64,000 nucleotides of DNA. Source: the human T2T-CHM13v2.0 reference genome, Homo sapiens. The position numbers were made by a program, and so were the translations under genes. Each line of letters begins with the position of its first letter. The first letter of the stretch is position 1. Location of the stretch: the NCBI RefSeq assembly GCF_009914755.1, contig NC_060941.1; one strand, given 5' to 3'. The notes under the pieces are model-generated. The model worked only from the letters and a program-made list of their open reading frames with translations, was not told the DNA's origin and ran no database searches. Shown one piece after another: positions 14,601 to 37,735 of the stretch.

Positions 14601-16446
14601 ACCTACCTTATACCCATTTAAAGTGTACAATTGAATGGGCTTTAGTATATTTGCAGAGGAGTACAACCATTAAAACAATCCATTTTAGAACATTTTCACC
14701 CACAAAAGAAACTTCATACCCATTAGCAGTCACTCCCCATTTCCTTCCAAACCTCCAGCCCATGCAGCCACAAATCTCTTTCTGTCTCCATAGCTTTGTC
14801 TATTCTGAACATTTCATATATATGGAATATACAATATGTGGTCTTTTGTTTTTGGCTTCTTGTACTTGTCATAATGTCTTCAAGGTTACTCCATGTTGTA
14901 GCATGTATCAGTACTTCATTTCTTTTTATTGCCAAATGATATTCCTTTTTATGAACATACTACCTTTTATTTATCCACTCATCAGTTGGTGGACATTTCG
15001 GTTGTTTTCATTTTTTGGCTACTGTAAATAATACCACTATGAACATTTGTGCCTAAGTTTTTACATGAATATGTGTTTTCTGTTCTCTTGGGAGTGGAAT
15101 TGCTGGGTCATGTGATAACTTTGTGTTTAACCTTTTGAGGAACTGCCAGATTGTTTTCTTTTCTTTTTTTTTTGTTATACTTTAAGTTCTAGGGTACATG
15201 TGCACAACATGCAGGTTTGTTACATATGTATACATGTGCCGTGTTGGTTTGCTGCACCCATTAACTCGTCATTTGCATTAGGTATTTCTCCTAATGCTAT
15301 CCCTCCTCCATCCCCCGACCCCATGACAGGCCCCGGTGTGTAATGTGTCCTATGTCCAAGTGTTCTCATTGTTCAATTCCCACCTATGAGTGAGAACATG
15401 CGGTGTTTGGTTTTCTGTCCTTGTGATAGTTTGCTCAGAATGATGGTTTCCAGCTTCATCCATGTCCCTACAAAGGACATGAGCTCATCTTTTTTTATGG
15501 CTGCATAGTATTCCATGGTATATATGTGCCACATTTTCTTAATCCAGTCTATCATTGATGGATATTTGGGTTGGTTCCAAGTCCTTGGTATTGTGAATAG
15601 TGCCGCAATAAACATACGTGTGCATGTGTCTTTATAGTAGCATGATTTATAATCCTTTGGGTATATACCCAGTAATGGGATCACTGGGTCAAATGATATT
15701 TCTAGTTCTAGATCCTTGAAGAATTGCCACACTGTCTTCCACAATGGTTGAACTAGTTTACACTCCTACCAACAGTGTAAAAGTGTTCCTATTTCTCCAC
15801 ATCCTCTCCAGCACCTGTTGTTTCCTGACGTTTTAATGATCACCATTCTAACTGGTGTGAGATGGTATCTCATTGTGGTTTTGATTTGCATTTCTCTGAT
15901 GACCAGTGATGATGAGCATTTTTTCATGTCTGTTGGCTGCATAAATGTCTTCTTTTGAAAAGTGTCTGTTCATATCCTTTGCCCACTTTTTGATGCAGTT
16001 GTTTGATTTTTTCTTGTAAATTTGTTTAAGTTTTTTGTAGATTCTGGATGTTAGCCCTTTGTCAGATGGGTAGATTGCAAAAATTTTGTCCCGTTCTGTA
16101 GGTTACCTGTTCACTTTGATGGTAGTTTCTCTGGCTGTGCAGAAGCTCTTTAGTTTAATTAGATCCCATTTGTCTATTTTGGCTTTTGTTGCCATTGCTT
16201 TTGGTGTTTTATTCATGAAGTCCTTGCCCATGCCTATGTCCTGAATGGTAATGCCTAGGTTTTCTTCTAGGGTTTTTATGGTTTTAGGTCTAACATTTAA
16301 GTATTTAATCCATCTTGAATTAATTTTTGTAAGGAAGGGATTCAGTTTAAGCTTTCTACATGTGGCTAGCCAGTTTTCCCAGCACCATTTATTAAATAGG
16401 GAATCCTTTCCCCATTTCTTGTTTTTGTCAGGTTTGTCAAAGATCA

Positions 16447-17107
<661 letters not shown>

Positions 17108-17139
17108 CTATTTGACTTCCTCTTTTCCTAATTGAATAC

Positions 17140-19488
<2,349 letters not shown>

Positions 19489-21019
19489 TCATTTGATTGC
19501 ACTGTGGCCTGAGAGACAGACTGTTGTGATTTCTGTTCTTTAACATTTGCTGAGGAGTGCTTTACTTCCAACTGTGTGGTCAATTTTGGAATAAGTGCAA
19601 TGTGGTGCTGAAAAGAATGTACATTCTGTTGATTTGGGGTGGAGAGTTCTGTAGATGTCTATTAGGTCTGCTTAGTGCAGAGCTGAGTTCAAGTCCTGGA
19701 TATCCTTGTTAACCTGTCTCGTTGATCTGTCTAATATTGACAGTGGGGTGTTAAAGTCTCCCATTATTATTGTGTGGGAGTCTAAGTGTCTTTTTAGGTC
19801 TCTAAGGACTTGCTTTATGAATCTGGGTGTTCCTGTATTGAGTGCATATGTATTTAGGATAGTTAGCTCTTCTTGTTGAATTGAACCCTTTACCATTATA
19901 TAATGACCTTCTTTGTCCCTTTTGATCTTTGTTGATTTAAAGTCTGTTTTATCAGAAAGTAGGATTGCAACCCCTGCTTTTTTTTGCTTTCCATTTGCTT
20001 GGTAGATCTGCCTCCATCCCTTTATTTTGAGTCCATGTGTGTCTCTGCACGTGAGATGGGTCTCCTGAGTACAGCACACTGATGGGCCTTGACTCTATCC
20101 AATTTGCCAGTCTGTGTCTTTTAATTGGAGCATTTAGCCCATTTACATTTAAGGTTAATATTGTTATGTGTGAATTTGATCCTGTCATTATGATGTTAGC
20201 TGGTTATGTTGCCTGTTAGTTGATGCAGTTTCTTCCTAGCCTCGATGGTCTTTACAATTTGGCATGTTTTTGCAGTGGCTGGTACCGGTTGTTCCTTTCC
20301 GTGTTTAGTGCTTCCTTCAGGAGCTCTTGTAAGGCAGGCCTGGTGGTGACAAAATCTCTCAGCATTTGCTTGTCTGTAAAGGATTTTATTTCTCCTGCAC
20401 TTATGAAGCTTAGTTTGGCTGGATATGAAATTCTGGCTTGAAAATTCTTTTCTTTAAGAATGTTGAATATTGGCCCCCACACTCTTCTGGCTTGTAGGGT
20501 TTCTGCTGAGAGATCTGCTGTTAGTATGATGGGCTTCCCTTTGTGGGTAACCCGACTTTTCTCTCTGGCTGCCCTTAGCATTTTTCCGTCATTTCAACCT
20601 TGGTAAATCTGACAATTATGTGTCTTGGCTTTGCTCTTCTCGAGGAGTATCTTTGTGGTGTTCTCTGTATTTCCTGAATTTGAATGTTGGCCTGCCTTGC
20701 TAGGCTGGGGAAGTTTTCCTGGATAATACCCTGAAGAGTGTTTTCCAGCTTGGTTCCATTCTCCCCGTCACTTTCAGGTACACCAATCAAATGTAGATTT
20801 GGTCTTTTCACATAGTCCCATATTTATTTGAAGATCAAATTAATGAAATGAAGCGAGAAGAGAAGTTTAGAACAATGCCAGACTGTTTTCTACTGTAGTT
20901 GCACCATTTTACATTCCCACCAGCGGTTTACAAGGGTTGCAATTGTTTCACATCCTTGCCAACACTTATTCTCTGTTTTGTTTTTTATTATAGCCATCTT
21001 TATGGGCATGAAGTGGTAG

Positions 21020-21412
<393 letters not shown>

Positions 21413-22242
21413 TAAAATTGGGTTGTCTTTTTATTATTGGATCATAACTGTTCTTTATATATTCAATCCTTTATCAAATATGTGATTTGCAAGTATTTTC
21501 TCCCATTCTGTGGGTTGTTTTTTAACTTTCTTGATGGTGTTATCTGAAGCACAAAAGTTTTAAATTTTTATGAAGCACAAAAGTTTTAAATTTTTATGAA
21601 GCCCAATTTGTCTATTTTTTTTCTTTTGTTGATTTTGCTTTTGATGTCATATCAAAAAACCATTGCCTAATTCAAGGTCATATATTCCTGTGTTTTCTTC
21701 TGAGAGTTTTATAGTTTTAGCTTTTACATTTATGTCTGTTTAAGTCTTTGATCCACTTTGAGTTAATTTTTGTCTATGGTGTGAGGTAGTAAAACTTTTT
21801 AAAAGTCTTTGATAAACTGAAGAGGTAAGAAACAAATAAGAATATAAAGAACCTATTAATATCAATAACTCATTATATGTGTATATTGAACTTTAATCCT
21901 TACAGTGACCCTCTTCCAATTTTCATAAAATTTTGGTCAAAATTCATTGACAATAGGCCACAAAGATTGCCTTATAAGTTCCAAAAGGTAGAAATATGAC
22001 ATGGTATATTCTTTTCTTATTATGTAATACAATTGGAAAACAATAAACTTAAAAATTAAGTCCAACCATTTGAAAATATTTAAAAAACTCTCCTCAATAA
22101 CTTTTGGATCAAAATCTTATATCTAATTTTATGGAATGCTACTAAATGTGTACTCAGATGAGAAATTATAATCTTAAAACTTTTAAATGAGATAGGATGA
22201 GGAATTTTTGAAACACAGATAAATACAAAACAATAGAATAAC

Positions 22243-22540
22243 AGCCAGCCACAGTGGCTCATACCTATAATCCCAGCACTTTGGGAGGCTTAGGTGGGAG
22301 GATCTCTTGAGCCCCAGGAGTTTGAGACCAGCCTGGGCAACATAGGAAGACCTGTCTCTACAAAAAATTTAAAAATTAGCTTGGCACAATGGCACGCACC
22401 TTTAGTCCCAGCTACTCAAGAGGTTGAGGTGGGAGTACCGCTTGAGCTCGGGAGGTTGCAGCTATAGTGAGCCGTGATCATGCCACTGCACTCCAGCCTG
22501 GGTGACAGAGCGAGAACGTGTCTCAAAAAAAGAAAAAAAA
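22243..22540 (+). mobile_element. AluJ
   Basis: Alu dimer; flanking duplication AATAGAATAACA. Confidence 0.85.
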
Positions 22541-24745
22541 ATCAATCCAAAAACCAACCAAACAAAAAACCACACAAAAAATAGAATAACAATATGCATA
22601 TTACCATCACCCAGAATTAAATCTTGTTACTTTGGCATATTTTTCTAAGGAAAATTATTCAATGTTGTAAAAGTGATACAGGACCATTAAAAAGAATCCA
22701 AACAACACATAAAAGTGCAAAGATGAGAATTTTTAAATCATCATTAATTTCTTAGGTGAACATCAAAACAGGTTTATATACTACGCCACTACAGATAGAT
22801 GGGTACATAGCAAGTAGATGATCATAAATAGTTACAAGCATTTGATTACTTAGAAAATAAAAATATAATTGTACTTGACTCCAACAGAGGAAAAAGACAC
22901 TAAAGTGAAAATAAGGGAATTACCGAAATTAAACATACCTTCACAAAATTTATTCTAAAGACATTCTAAGAAATAACTATACATATCTGTATATCTCTAT
23001 AGCAATATATATCACAAAAGAGTGCAGTCATTTTTTAAAACTACATATTTTAATTTTGGAAATAACAATTGATATCCTACCATAAAAGATGAGAGTATTT
23101 AATATTTTCTCATATCTTTCTTTTTGTCTATTTCCCAGTTTTAGTTATTTTATAATTTTTATTTTATCCAGATTTACACTATTCACCTTCTTTTCTGTAA
23201 TTACAATTGCCATAGTTGATTAATCTTAATTCAATATTTAAATGGATCCAAGGCTCATTTCCTGTCCTTTTACAATGTGTTTTGCTATTCCCAAATTATT
23301 TATTTTGATTCATCTCTTACTTGGCTGAATTTATTGTAGTTTTTTAAAGAAGATCACATGGGTGCTATATTTTCTGAGTTCTTATATATTGAGAATGTCT
23401 GCCTACACAGTGCCTTTATACCTAAACCATACCTTGAATGGTATACTGTAATTGGGTCACTTTTTTTTTCACCTAAAACAACATAAACATTGCTTAATTG
23501 TTTCCTGGTATTGAATGTTGTGGAGAAGTCTGATGTCAGTGTTTTTTTTTTTCTTCATTCATTTTAATTAGTTCAAAAAATATTTTATTGATTGCCAGGC
23601 ATTGTTCTATGTTCTGTTATTAAAACACTGGAAAAAAAGAAAACAGAAAACAGAAAAGTCAGTGTCTTCCTGTTGCTTATTTTGTAGGTGACTTGGTTGT
23701 TAGCTTGAAGTTCATCCTCAAAGTTAAAGAGTTTAAGTAGAATTGTCTTGGTATAGAGCATTTTGTTTTAAAAATGTATTGAATATGGTGTGATCTTTTG
23801 ATTTTTATTGTTTTTTTTTCATTTCAGGAACATTTTCTCATGTCTTTGAATACATCTTATATTCTATTTTTGGACTGCCTACATTAGGGAAACTAAATAT
23901 CCTTATGTAGGATTAGATTTGTTCTTTCTAATTTTATTAATTTTCTTGTCTTTTCACCTGAATTCACTGTGATAATCTAAACCTTTCTCTCTGTCAATAA
24001 TTCCATTTTATGATGCTTGCGCTTTTAAATTTTGATGCTCAATTTGGCTGCTTACACCTAAACTCTACCCTTTTATCTCATTCTGCTGTTTCATCAGCTT
24101 GTCTTTGAGTTCTTGTCATATTGAATCTGTGTTCCTATTAAGTTGTTCTATAGCTTAAAGCAATGGCGAGGAACTTTTTTTGTTTTTTAGCTATTTTTTG
24201 CTAGATTGAGTTTATCTATTTGCTTTTATTCTCCCTGTGTTGTTTGCACAGTTGCCACAATCCTATGTTACTTCTTTTTGTAGTCCTTGTGCTTGCATGA
24301 TCCTGCCCTAATTTCTATTTATTCTGATATGGTATGGATGCTTTCTTGACTTTCTTCCTAGCCTGACACCAGTTTGTTTTCACTTTGAATCTTCAGTTTA
24401 GAGGCTTGACATTTTCTTTTCTGGTGACTCTTCTGATTCCTCCTGTTAGAGTAAGAGAGGAAGAGAAGAGGAAAGTGCCTCTGGAACAAATGCAGTCTTT
24501 GTAAGCATGCCTGGGCTTTGTATTCTGTTTTATTCCATCCATTTATTCATTTATTTATTCAATAAATATGTTTGCTCTTATTTATAATGAACATTCTGAT
24601 AAATACCAAGCTGAAGAGTTTCCCTCTATGCTTAATTTAATTGAGTGTTTTTAAAGCAAAAATTGATTTTGAGTATTATCAAAAGGCTTATTTTATTTAT
24701 TGAGTAATCATATGATTATATTGATTTATTCTATTAATATAATGA

Positions 24746-25093
<348 letters not shown>

Positions 25094-25219
25094 CATCCCT
25101 CTGTTTCTAGAATAAGCCTCAGTCATGCATATTTTAGAAGAATTCCTAAAATCAGTCTTTTAATTCTCAGTTGTGCTTTTGTTCTTCATCTATTATTCAG
25201 CGCCTCTATTTAGTTTATT

Positions 25220-25610
25220 TTTATCAACATTTTTAATTGACAAATTATAATACGTGTATTTATGTACAACGGGATGTTTATATATATAAAATGTAGAATG
25301 ATTAAATCAAGCTAATTAACATATTCATCATCTCACATCATTTTTCAAGATTTTACATATGTGAGATCGTGTTGTATTTGTCTTTCTGTACTTGGCTTAT
25401 TTCACTTAGCATAATGTCTTCCAAGTTTATCCATGTTGTCACAAATGACAACATTTCCTTCTTTTTTAAGGCCAAATTATATTCCATTGTGTATATACAC
25501 CACATTTAATCTACTCATTGTTAATGAATACTTAGATGGTTCCATATATTGGCTATTGTGAATAATACTGCAAAGAATATTAGAGTACAGATTTCTTTTT
25601 GGCATAGTCT
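25220..25610 (-). mobile_element. L1MA 3' end fragment
   Basis: GGCTTATTTCACTTAGCATAATGTCTTCCAAGTTTATCCATGTTGTC. Confidence 0.7.
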
Positions 25611-25674
25611 CTATTTAGTTAAAAATTGTGTTATAATTGTTATTTCTATGAATATTTTCCTTCTTTCGGCTTAG

Positions 25675-26108
<434 letters not shown>

Positions 26109-26641
26109 TGATGGCAGTTGACTCTCATCCTCCACAGCAGGCTCAAGCCTGACCTTCCAATAAGGTGACTCTGAACCAGTGCAATTAAATTTTTTGGACC
26201 CCACTGTGGTCACTTTTTAATGTGTATGCCAGCTGTTGGGGTTACAGAGGTAAGTGAGGAGACAAACAGGCAAATAATTACAAATTATTGTAATAAAGGT
26301 TACACTAGAAGATATCAGCATGTCAGAGGAGGAACATTAACAGAGTAGGTGAGCCAAGATGTCTCAGATAATATATATAGCTGGGTCTTAATATGTATGT
26401 AGCTGGACAGATGTAGGAAAAGCAGAAAGGCTTTCCAGGAAGGAACAACATGTAAAAAGACATAAAGGTCTGAAAGAGTATGGTTTGTCTACATGATAGG
26501 AAATAATTTTTTTTTTTTTACTAGGATGTGAGGAATATGACTGGGGAAGGATGAGAAATAAGAGAGGAAAGTTAGGTTAGAACTCCATCTACAAAGATAT
26601 TATATAGAATGCTAATGAGTTTATATAAGTACTATTAGGTA

Positions 26642-26880
26642 TATATCACCTTTACCCCATTTTCTCCTTTGTGTCATTTTTTATATATATAACATATAAA
26701 TATTTAATAAATATGGTATATATTATATGTAAATATATAAATATTTTTACATTTATATAAAATATGAGCATGTATTTGTGTGTTGTTATATATAATATAA
26801 TGTTTATTAAATATTTATATATAAATATATATAATACATGTATATAAAACAACACACAAATGAGAAAATGGAGTGATATA
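26642..26880. repeat. AT-rich imperfect palindrome
   Basis: Arms 26642-26712 and 26802-26880 are reverse-complementary with indels. Confidence 0.75.
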
Positions 26881-27259
26881 CATTATTTATTTTATATATA
26901 TAAACAAATATAATTTTGTTTTAATGGATGGCTTGATCTAATTAATATTAGTTTTCCTGAAATTTCCCACTTTCTCTTCTTGAAGTGCAAACAGCACACA
27001 ATCAGACACTTTCATTATAAAGAAGAGCTGTTACCTGAACAGAAACAAGAAAGTATTTCTTACATAGAAATATTTATTGAAAGTTTTTAGTTATCTCACC
27101 AACAAATCATTGGGCCATCCCATATGACATAGAAGTAGTGTTTGGAGCACTTGCTTTCAAAGAGATTGCTTTAAAGCTATCTTATCAGTACTCATTTAAC
27201 GAAACTGGAAGATAATGTAATAATAAATGTTGGGCTTGAAGTAGAGATGTTACACACAG

Positions 27260-27273
27260 GTGCCGCCTAGTGG
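27260..27273 (-). promoter_or_regulatory. CTCF-like motif in apparently non-repetitive intron
   Basis: Reverse complement reads CCACTAGGCGGCAC. Confidence 0.45.
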
Positions 27274-28127
27274 AGATACTATGTCATACAATTGCCCCTC
27301 AGATCATTTGTAAAGAGCAATGTAATTAGTACTCAGGATGGAGTATGGAGAAAACTGAGTCACTGAGTAATAATTAATATAGAGAAAAAGAGAAATGGAG
27401 AGAATGAATGTCACAGATGCCTTCATATTCCTACCATTTTCCTAGCATATCTGTTTTCTGATGGATAAATGAACAGGTGATAATCTGTTTGTTGACTGTG
27501 ACCTCTCTCACTTTTCATCTGTTTTATCATAGTAAATGAAGACCCAAAGTAACTACTTTAGAATGTTTACTTCTGGTCTCTTAGTTATTAAGAAAATAAA
27601 AAATATTTACTCAATACAATAATGCATTGTTGTATGGGAGTGTGTCTGTAGGTATATGCAGGAATTTATTTCCCCGTCTGAGGGTTGGAGACACACATGT
27701 GCACAGACATACTGGATTGGACTAGGGTAGAACCAGAGAAGGAGAGGATCAAAATATTAGTAAATTAAGGACACATGCAGGCACGCACACAAGCACGTGC
27801 ACACAAACACACACATACAATTACAAAACAATGAACAGACGGCAATGAACAGATGCAAACATTATAAACTAGTATATTCATTGCTGCTGAGGGATGCATA
27901 GCAGAAGAAAAGTGAGACTTCAGCAGGGTGGGTTAAGTGTAGGAAACTCGTCTGGTGGTCGTGAGTTTTAATTTTCTTCCACCTTCCACTTTGTTTCCTT
28001 ACTTCAGAAAGAACCTTAAGAACAATGTTTTCAAAATTCATATACTGACGGAAACAATTTAAAAGGTAGAATATACTGGTTTATTTTGTTTTGTTTTATA
28101 AGTCAAGTGTTTAGAAATATGTTTTAG

Positions 28128-31568
<3,441 letters not shown>

Positions 31569-32009
31569 AAATAATCAGAACACTTTGATCCCCAAAAGAC
31601 AACTCATTCCAAGAGACAAAACTTAACAATTTGTATCACTTTTAACACTGGTGCCGAGTTCCCTATACAAGTTTGAAAAGACATAGAAGTCTTATCCCTT
31701 AGACTTCAGTGGACTTCCATTAGAAAAACAAGCTGCATTGTCTTGTGTTCAGGCCAAGAGTATGCAGGTGTTGTTAGGCAGATCCTTTCTGAAATTCCCA
31801 TCATTTAATCTGACAGAGGATCTACTCTTTCATTTCATTATCTAGTTGGTTAATTTGTTTACCAGCAAAAGAAAACCACTATAAAAGTATATTTGTTTTA
31901 TTCAAACGTCATTAATGTAGTTATTAAAAATTTAATTAACTTTTTAGGTAGGAGAGTTCTCTTTTATTTCCAGGACTTTTTTAGTTGTACATGTTCCTCT
32001 CATTTTATT

Positions 32010-32755
<746 letters not shown>

Positions 32756-32989
32756 ATGTATACCACAGAATATGAACTCTCTTTATACTTTATTAGGTGT
32801 GGTTGTCCCAATGGAATGATGACAGAAAGATGCTGCAGACACAGCTAAAGGCTGTGACGTTTCTTTTATGGCAAAGGATACAGATATAGACAGTTTGTTA
32901 TGTAAAGCAGGATATGATACAGCATACGTCCAAACAGAAGTCTCCCAAAGGTCTCCACAGGGATTATACCATCGGCATGCATCGAGGTA

Positions 32990-33104
32990 TAGGGTGTCAA
33001 GCCATCCTGGCTTGCCTGGGACTGAGGAGTTTTCTGGAACATGAAACTTTCTGTGTTAAAACCAGGTTTTTGGTTCCAGGCAAAGTGAGGCACTTGGTCA
33101 CTCG
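32990..33104. mobile_element. MER81-like hAT MITE
   Basis: AGGGTGTCAAGCCATCCTGGCTTGCCTGGGAC ... CCAGGCAAAGTGAGGCACTTGGTCACTC, degenerate inverted ends. Confidence 0.6.
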
Positions 33105-34010
33105 ATTTGAGGAGTTTACTTGGCTATACTTACATGCTGTCCAGACCTTACTGCCCACCTGATTATTGTGGCGACTCTAGCCCCACGTCTTCCTGCTTAC
33201 CAGGGGCAAGTGAAAACACCCAATACATTCTTCTTTACTATGAGACTATATAAAGCAAAGGTCAGTTTCCCAGGTGCATTCTTCAGTAGACCTGGGCCTC
33301 AAGCAGTCTGAGGTCCACTCCTGAATCATATAATGGGTTTAAGAATAATTATATGCAAAACTACAAATACTAGAAAGTATGGGATTCAGATATTGACTTT
33401 TGATTCTGCTACACGGAGGAACTGTTGTATCCCTTAGCCAGGAGGAATAAGGGCCATGCCTCTGCCTGGATTCTCTTTTTTGGGACCCATTCTGTTCTTG
33501 CTCAGTGGTGGTCCACTCTGAGATGGTCACTTCCTTATGGGATTGTTTAATATCAGTCATACAATCTGAGGCCTTCAAACTGATGTGGCTCCAAGTTTAA
33601 ATTTTAAAGAGAAAGGCTTCGTCAACTGTACCCAAAGATTCTGTCTTTCCTTTAATATACTCTAATAAATCCAGGCTGTGCATTTTTCTTACAATGATAT
33701 TTATCTGAATGGCTTTCTATTCTGTCTCTAGTTCATCTGTATCTTGTATTTTTTGCTTGTTTTGCTCATTTTGTTTTTTATGTGCTTTGAGCTGTAGCAT
33801 GGAAAGACAGAAAAAATAATCACAGCTTTTGGCGAGGTTGAGGCAAGTATGTTGTGAAAATATATGAGAAAAACTTGGGGAGAAATGAGAGAATTTTAAG
33901 CCGGGAAAATAGGTGAACTACCCTCCAATTGGATGTGTCTCTTCCTAGGCAGTCTTCAACTATGGGAAACATAAATCAAGGACCTGCCTGATCAACAAAT
34001 CCTTATTGGC

Positions 34011-34395
34011 TGTATTAGTTTGCTAGTGCTGCCATACCAAAGTACCACAGATTGAGAGGTTTAAACAACCGAAATTTAATTCCTCACAACTGTGGAAGTT
34101 AGAAGGCTGAGACAAGGTGTTGGCAGGGTTGGTTTCTTCTGAGGGCCTCTCTCATTGGCTTGTAGATGGCTGATTTTTGCCCTTGTCTTCATAGTCTGTA
34201 CACTCTGTACATGTCTTTAAGTCCAAATTTCCTCTTCTTTAAGAACACTAGTCAGATTAGAGCCCACCCTATTGACCTCATTTTAATTTAATTACCTCTT
34301 TAAAGACCCTATCTCCAAATACAGTTATATTTTGAGATACCGAGGGTTAGGCTGTCAACATATTAATTTTAGGGAGTAAAACTTAGCTTATAACA
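34011..34395 (-). mobile_element. MLT1A-type MaLR LTR
   Basis: TGTATTAGTTTGCTAGTGCTGCCATACCAAAGTACCACAG start. Confidence 0.8.
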
Positions 34396-34548
34396 TTACC
34401 TAAGCTATCGTTCACCATCAGAGGCACATTTTTAATTTGTCATTTTTATTATTACTAGATAATAAATGTGGCCTTTGTTTAATTCATTTGTTAAGCAAAG
34501 TTTTGAAAAATCAGAAGAGTTAAAAGTATGTTACTACTTTGTTAAGTA

Positions 34549-34904
34549 CAGATGCTCTTTGACTTATGATGGGATTACATCCTGGTAAATTCATTGTACG
34601 TTGAAAATATCTAAGTAAAAAATGCATTTAATTCATCTAACCTACTGAACATCACAGTTTAGCCTAGCCCATCTTAAATGTGCTCAGAACACTTATATTA
34701 GCCTACAGTCGCAAAATCATCTAACAAAAAGCTTATTTTATAATGAGGTGTTGAGTAGCTCATGTAATTTATTAAATATTATACTGAAAGTGAAAAACAG
34801 AATTGTTGTATAGGTACTTCAAAGTACTGAATGCATATCACTTTTGTGTCATCATAAAGTGGAAAAATTGTTAAATTGAACCATCATAAGTCAGGGGCTG
34901 TCTG
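34549..34904. mobile_element. MER47-like Tigger-derived DNA transposon
   Basis: CAGATGCTC...GACTTATGATGG and CCATCATAAGTC...TCTG TIRs; TA on both sides. Confidence 0.75.
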
Positions 34905-35666
34905 TATATAATTAGCACTAATCTTTTTTTTTTTTTTTAAAGTTTCCTCCCTAAAACTGGAAAGCTAATTTTCTGCCCACAGGCTATAGGAACACACCAT
35001 TTCTTCAGTGATAGATAACAAATATAACCTGAGTACTTCAATATTCTGTACTCCTTGTTTGCACTCCTCGTATACTACCAGGGCTTAAAAATACCGTTTG
35101 GAAGTTAATACCTAAGATAGATAGTTTCCAAACATAGTTTTCTTTCTATTGCTCTTATATCACCCACTTCATCAACTCTTCAGTATGTCTACAATTAAAT
35201 AAGTATGAATCCCACTGGCCCAGAGCTATAGAATCTTATAATAGCTATTAAATGTGATATTTACCACATTCTCAGCATTAAGTCAGAAAGGAAAATCCCA
35301 GAATTCATTACATTGGGACTTAGCACATAGAGATAACTTGACTAAGTACAGTTCAAATGTTTAACATCTCACAGAGATATTAACTGAAAGATATTGGTAA
35401 TTATATTCTTAAATTAAGCAATCATTCCTTGGAAAGGTATGAAAACACAAAGGCTCCCATCGATTTTCACCTTTTTCTGTTTTTACAAGAGACATTGGCA
35501 AACTTCTGTAATTATCTGGAATTTGATTTGTAGTTGATATCGCCAACTGTTAGTCTTTATGCCAGCTAGCCTAAACTTACAGAACAATCAGAATATGCTA
35601 ACTCAGAAAACCGACAGACTATAGCTCCAGAATATTTTTTTTTTCCATCAGAACTTTCAGGGATGA

Positions 35667-36267
<601 letters not shown>

Positions 36268-36567
36268 AAACCTTTTAAAACTAATTATTGATTCAATAGC
36301 ATTCCCACAGCCAGAAAGCTCATATGGCTTTGAAGTCAATTCCCAAACACTTAATTTAAAATTGGTGTTCTTCCAAATACCAATTTTTTTTTCAGCATTA
36401 GAGGATTGAGCTACATTGTTGCCAGAAAAGGTCAATTATTCAATAATTCTGACTTATGAGTAATATAGAAAAATACCTACTAGTCAAGTAAAAAGTCATT
36501 AAGGATCAAACAACAGGATCTTAGGATACGGGACTAATCAGGACCAGATACCCCAGATCATGTAGTT

Positions 36568-36755
36568 CAGTGGTTCTCAAACTTTAACAAGCATCAGAAT
36601 CACCAGGGAGGCTTGTTAAACTATAGATTATTGGGCCCTACTCCCAGAATTTCTGATTCAGTAAATATGGGGTGGGGCCTAAAAATTTGCAGTTCTGACA
36701 AGTTCTCAGATGATGCTGATGCTGTTGGTCTAGGGATCACACTTTGAGAACCGCT
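36568..36755. mobile_element. MER5A hAT-Charlie MITE
   Basis: CAGTGGTTCTCAAA ... TTTGAGAACCGCTG TIRs. Confidence 0.85.
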
Positions 36756-37101
36756 GATCTTGTTGGGTTTTCTCCTTCTAAAGTTGTTTATCAGCTAAGA
36801 GGACTGTTTATTTAATGAAGAAGATGTTCTTGGCCAATTTGTTACCTACCTCAAGAGTAGACAAACACAATGGCTGAAGAGAACTTACTACGTGAAACAC
36901 CCAGATCGTACATACCATAACTCAGTGAGGTAACTACTACTGTGATACCCATTTCACAAATGAACGGATATGAGAACAGGGAGTTGAGCCCAGACAGGCT
37001 TCAGAGTGAGTTCTTAACCACTTCCACTACTCTGCTTGTTCCCATGGTAACAGCTAAGAACTTAACTGTGTGCATTGATCCATCAAGAATAATGATAATG
37101 A

Positions 37102-37418
37102 TGCTGGGTACAGTGGCTCATGCCTGTAATTTCAGTACTTTGAGAGGCTGAAGCAGGAAGATGACCTGAGCCCAGGAGTTTGAGACCAGTTTGGGCAACA
37201 TAGTGAGACCCTATCTCTACACACACACATTTTTTTTTTTAATTAGCCAGGTGTGGTGGCTCGTACCTGTAGTCCCAGCAACTCAGGAGGCTGAGGTAGG
37301 AGGATCACTTGAGTCTTGTGACCAAGGCTGCAGTGAGCCATGATTGTGCCACTGCACCATTGCACTCCAGCTTGGGCAACAGAGTGAGACCCTGTCTCTA
37401 AAAAAATAAAAATAAAAA
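37102..37418 (+). mobile_element. AluJ
   Basis: Diverged Alu dimer. Confidence 0.85.
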
Positions 37419-37735
37419 TTATATGTCAATGAAATATGCCAAAAACATGTTCCATTTTAAACAAATTACTAAAGTGGAACATGATTTTTACAAACCATGT
37501 TAAATACATGCTAATTACAAGAACCAGAAACCAACCTGAGCTGAATATGTACAACTGAATATGAAATGTGCACAATCCAAGGGCTTCAGGAAGAGACTAG
37601 AACAAGGACTTGGAAAGTGTTAAGACTGTTTCTCTCTGCTTTGCATTTCATCTGTTTCTCTCCATAACAGACTTTCCCGGCAGTCTCAGTTCACATGGAG
37701 GAATCTGGCCACCCCAAAACTCTTAAATTTACATT

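Noticed and set aside
32790-33050. Short stop-free frame resembling a processed pseudogene fragment
   Set aside because: No recognisable protein; it runs into a MER81-like MITE and has no tail or TSD.
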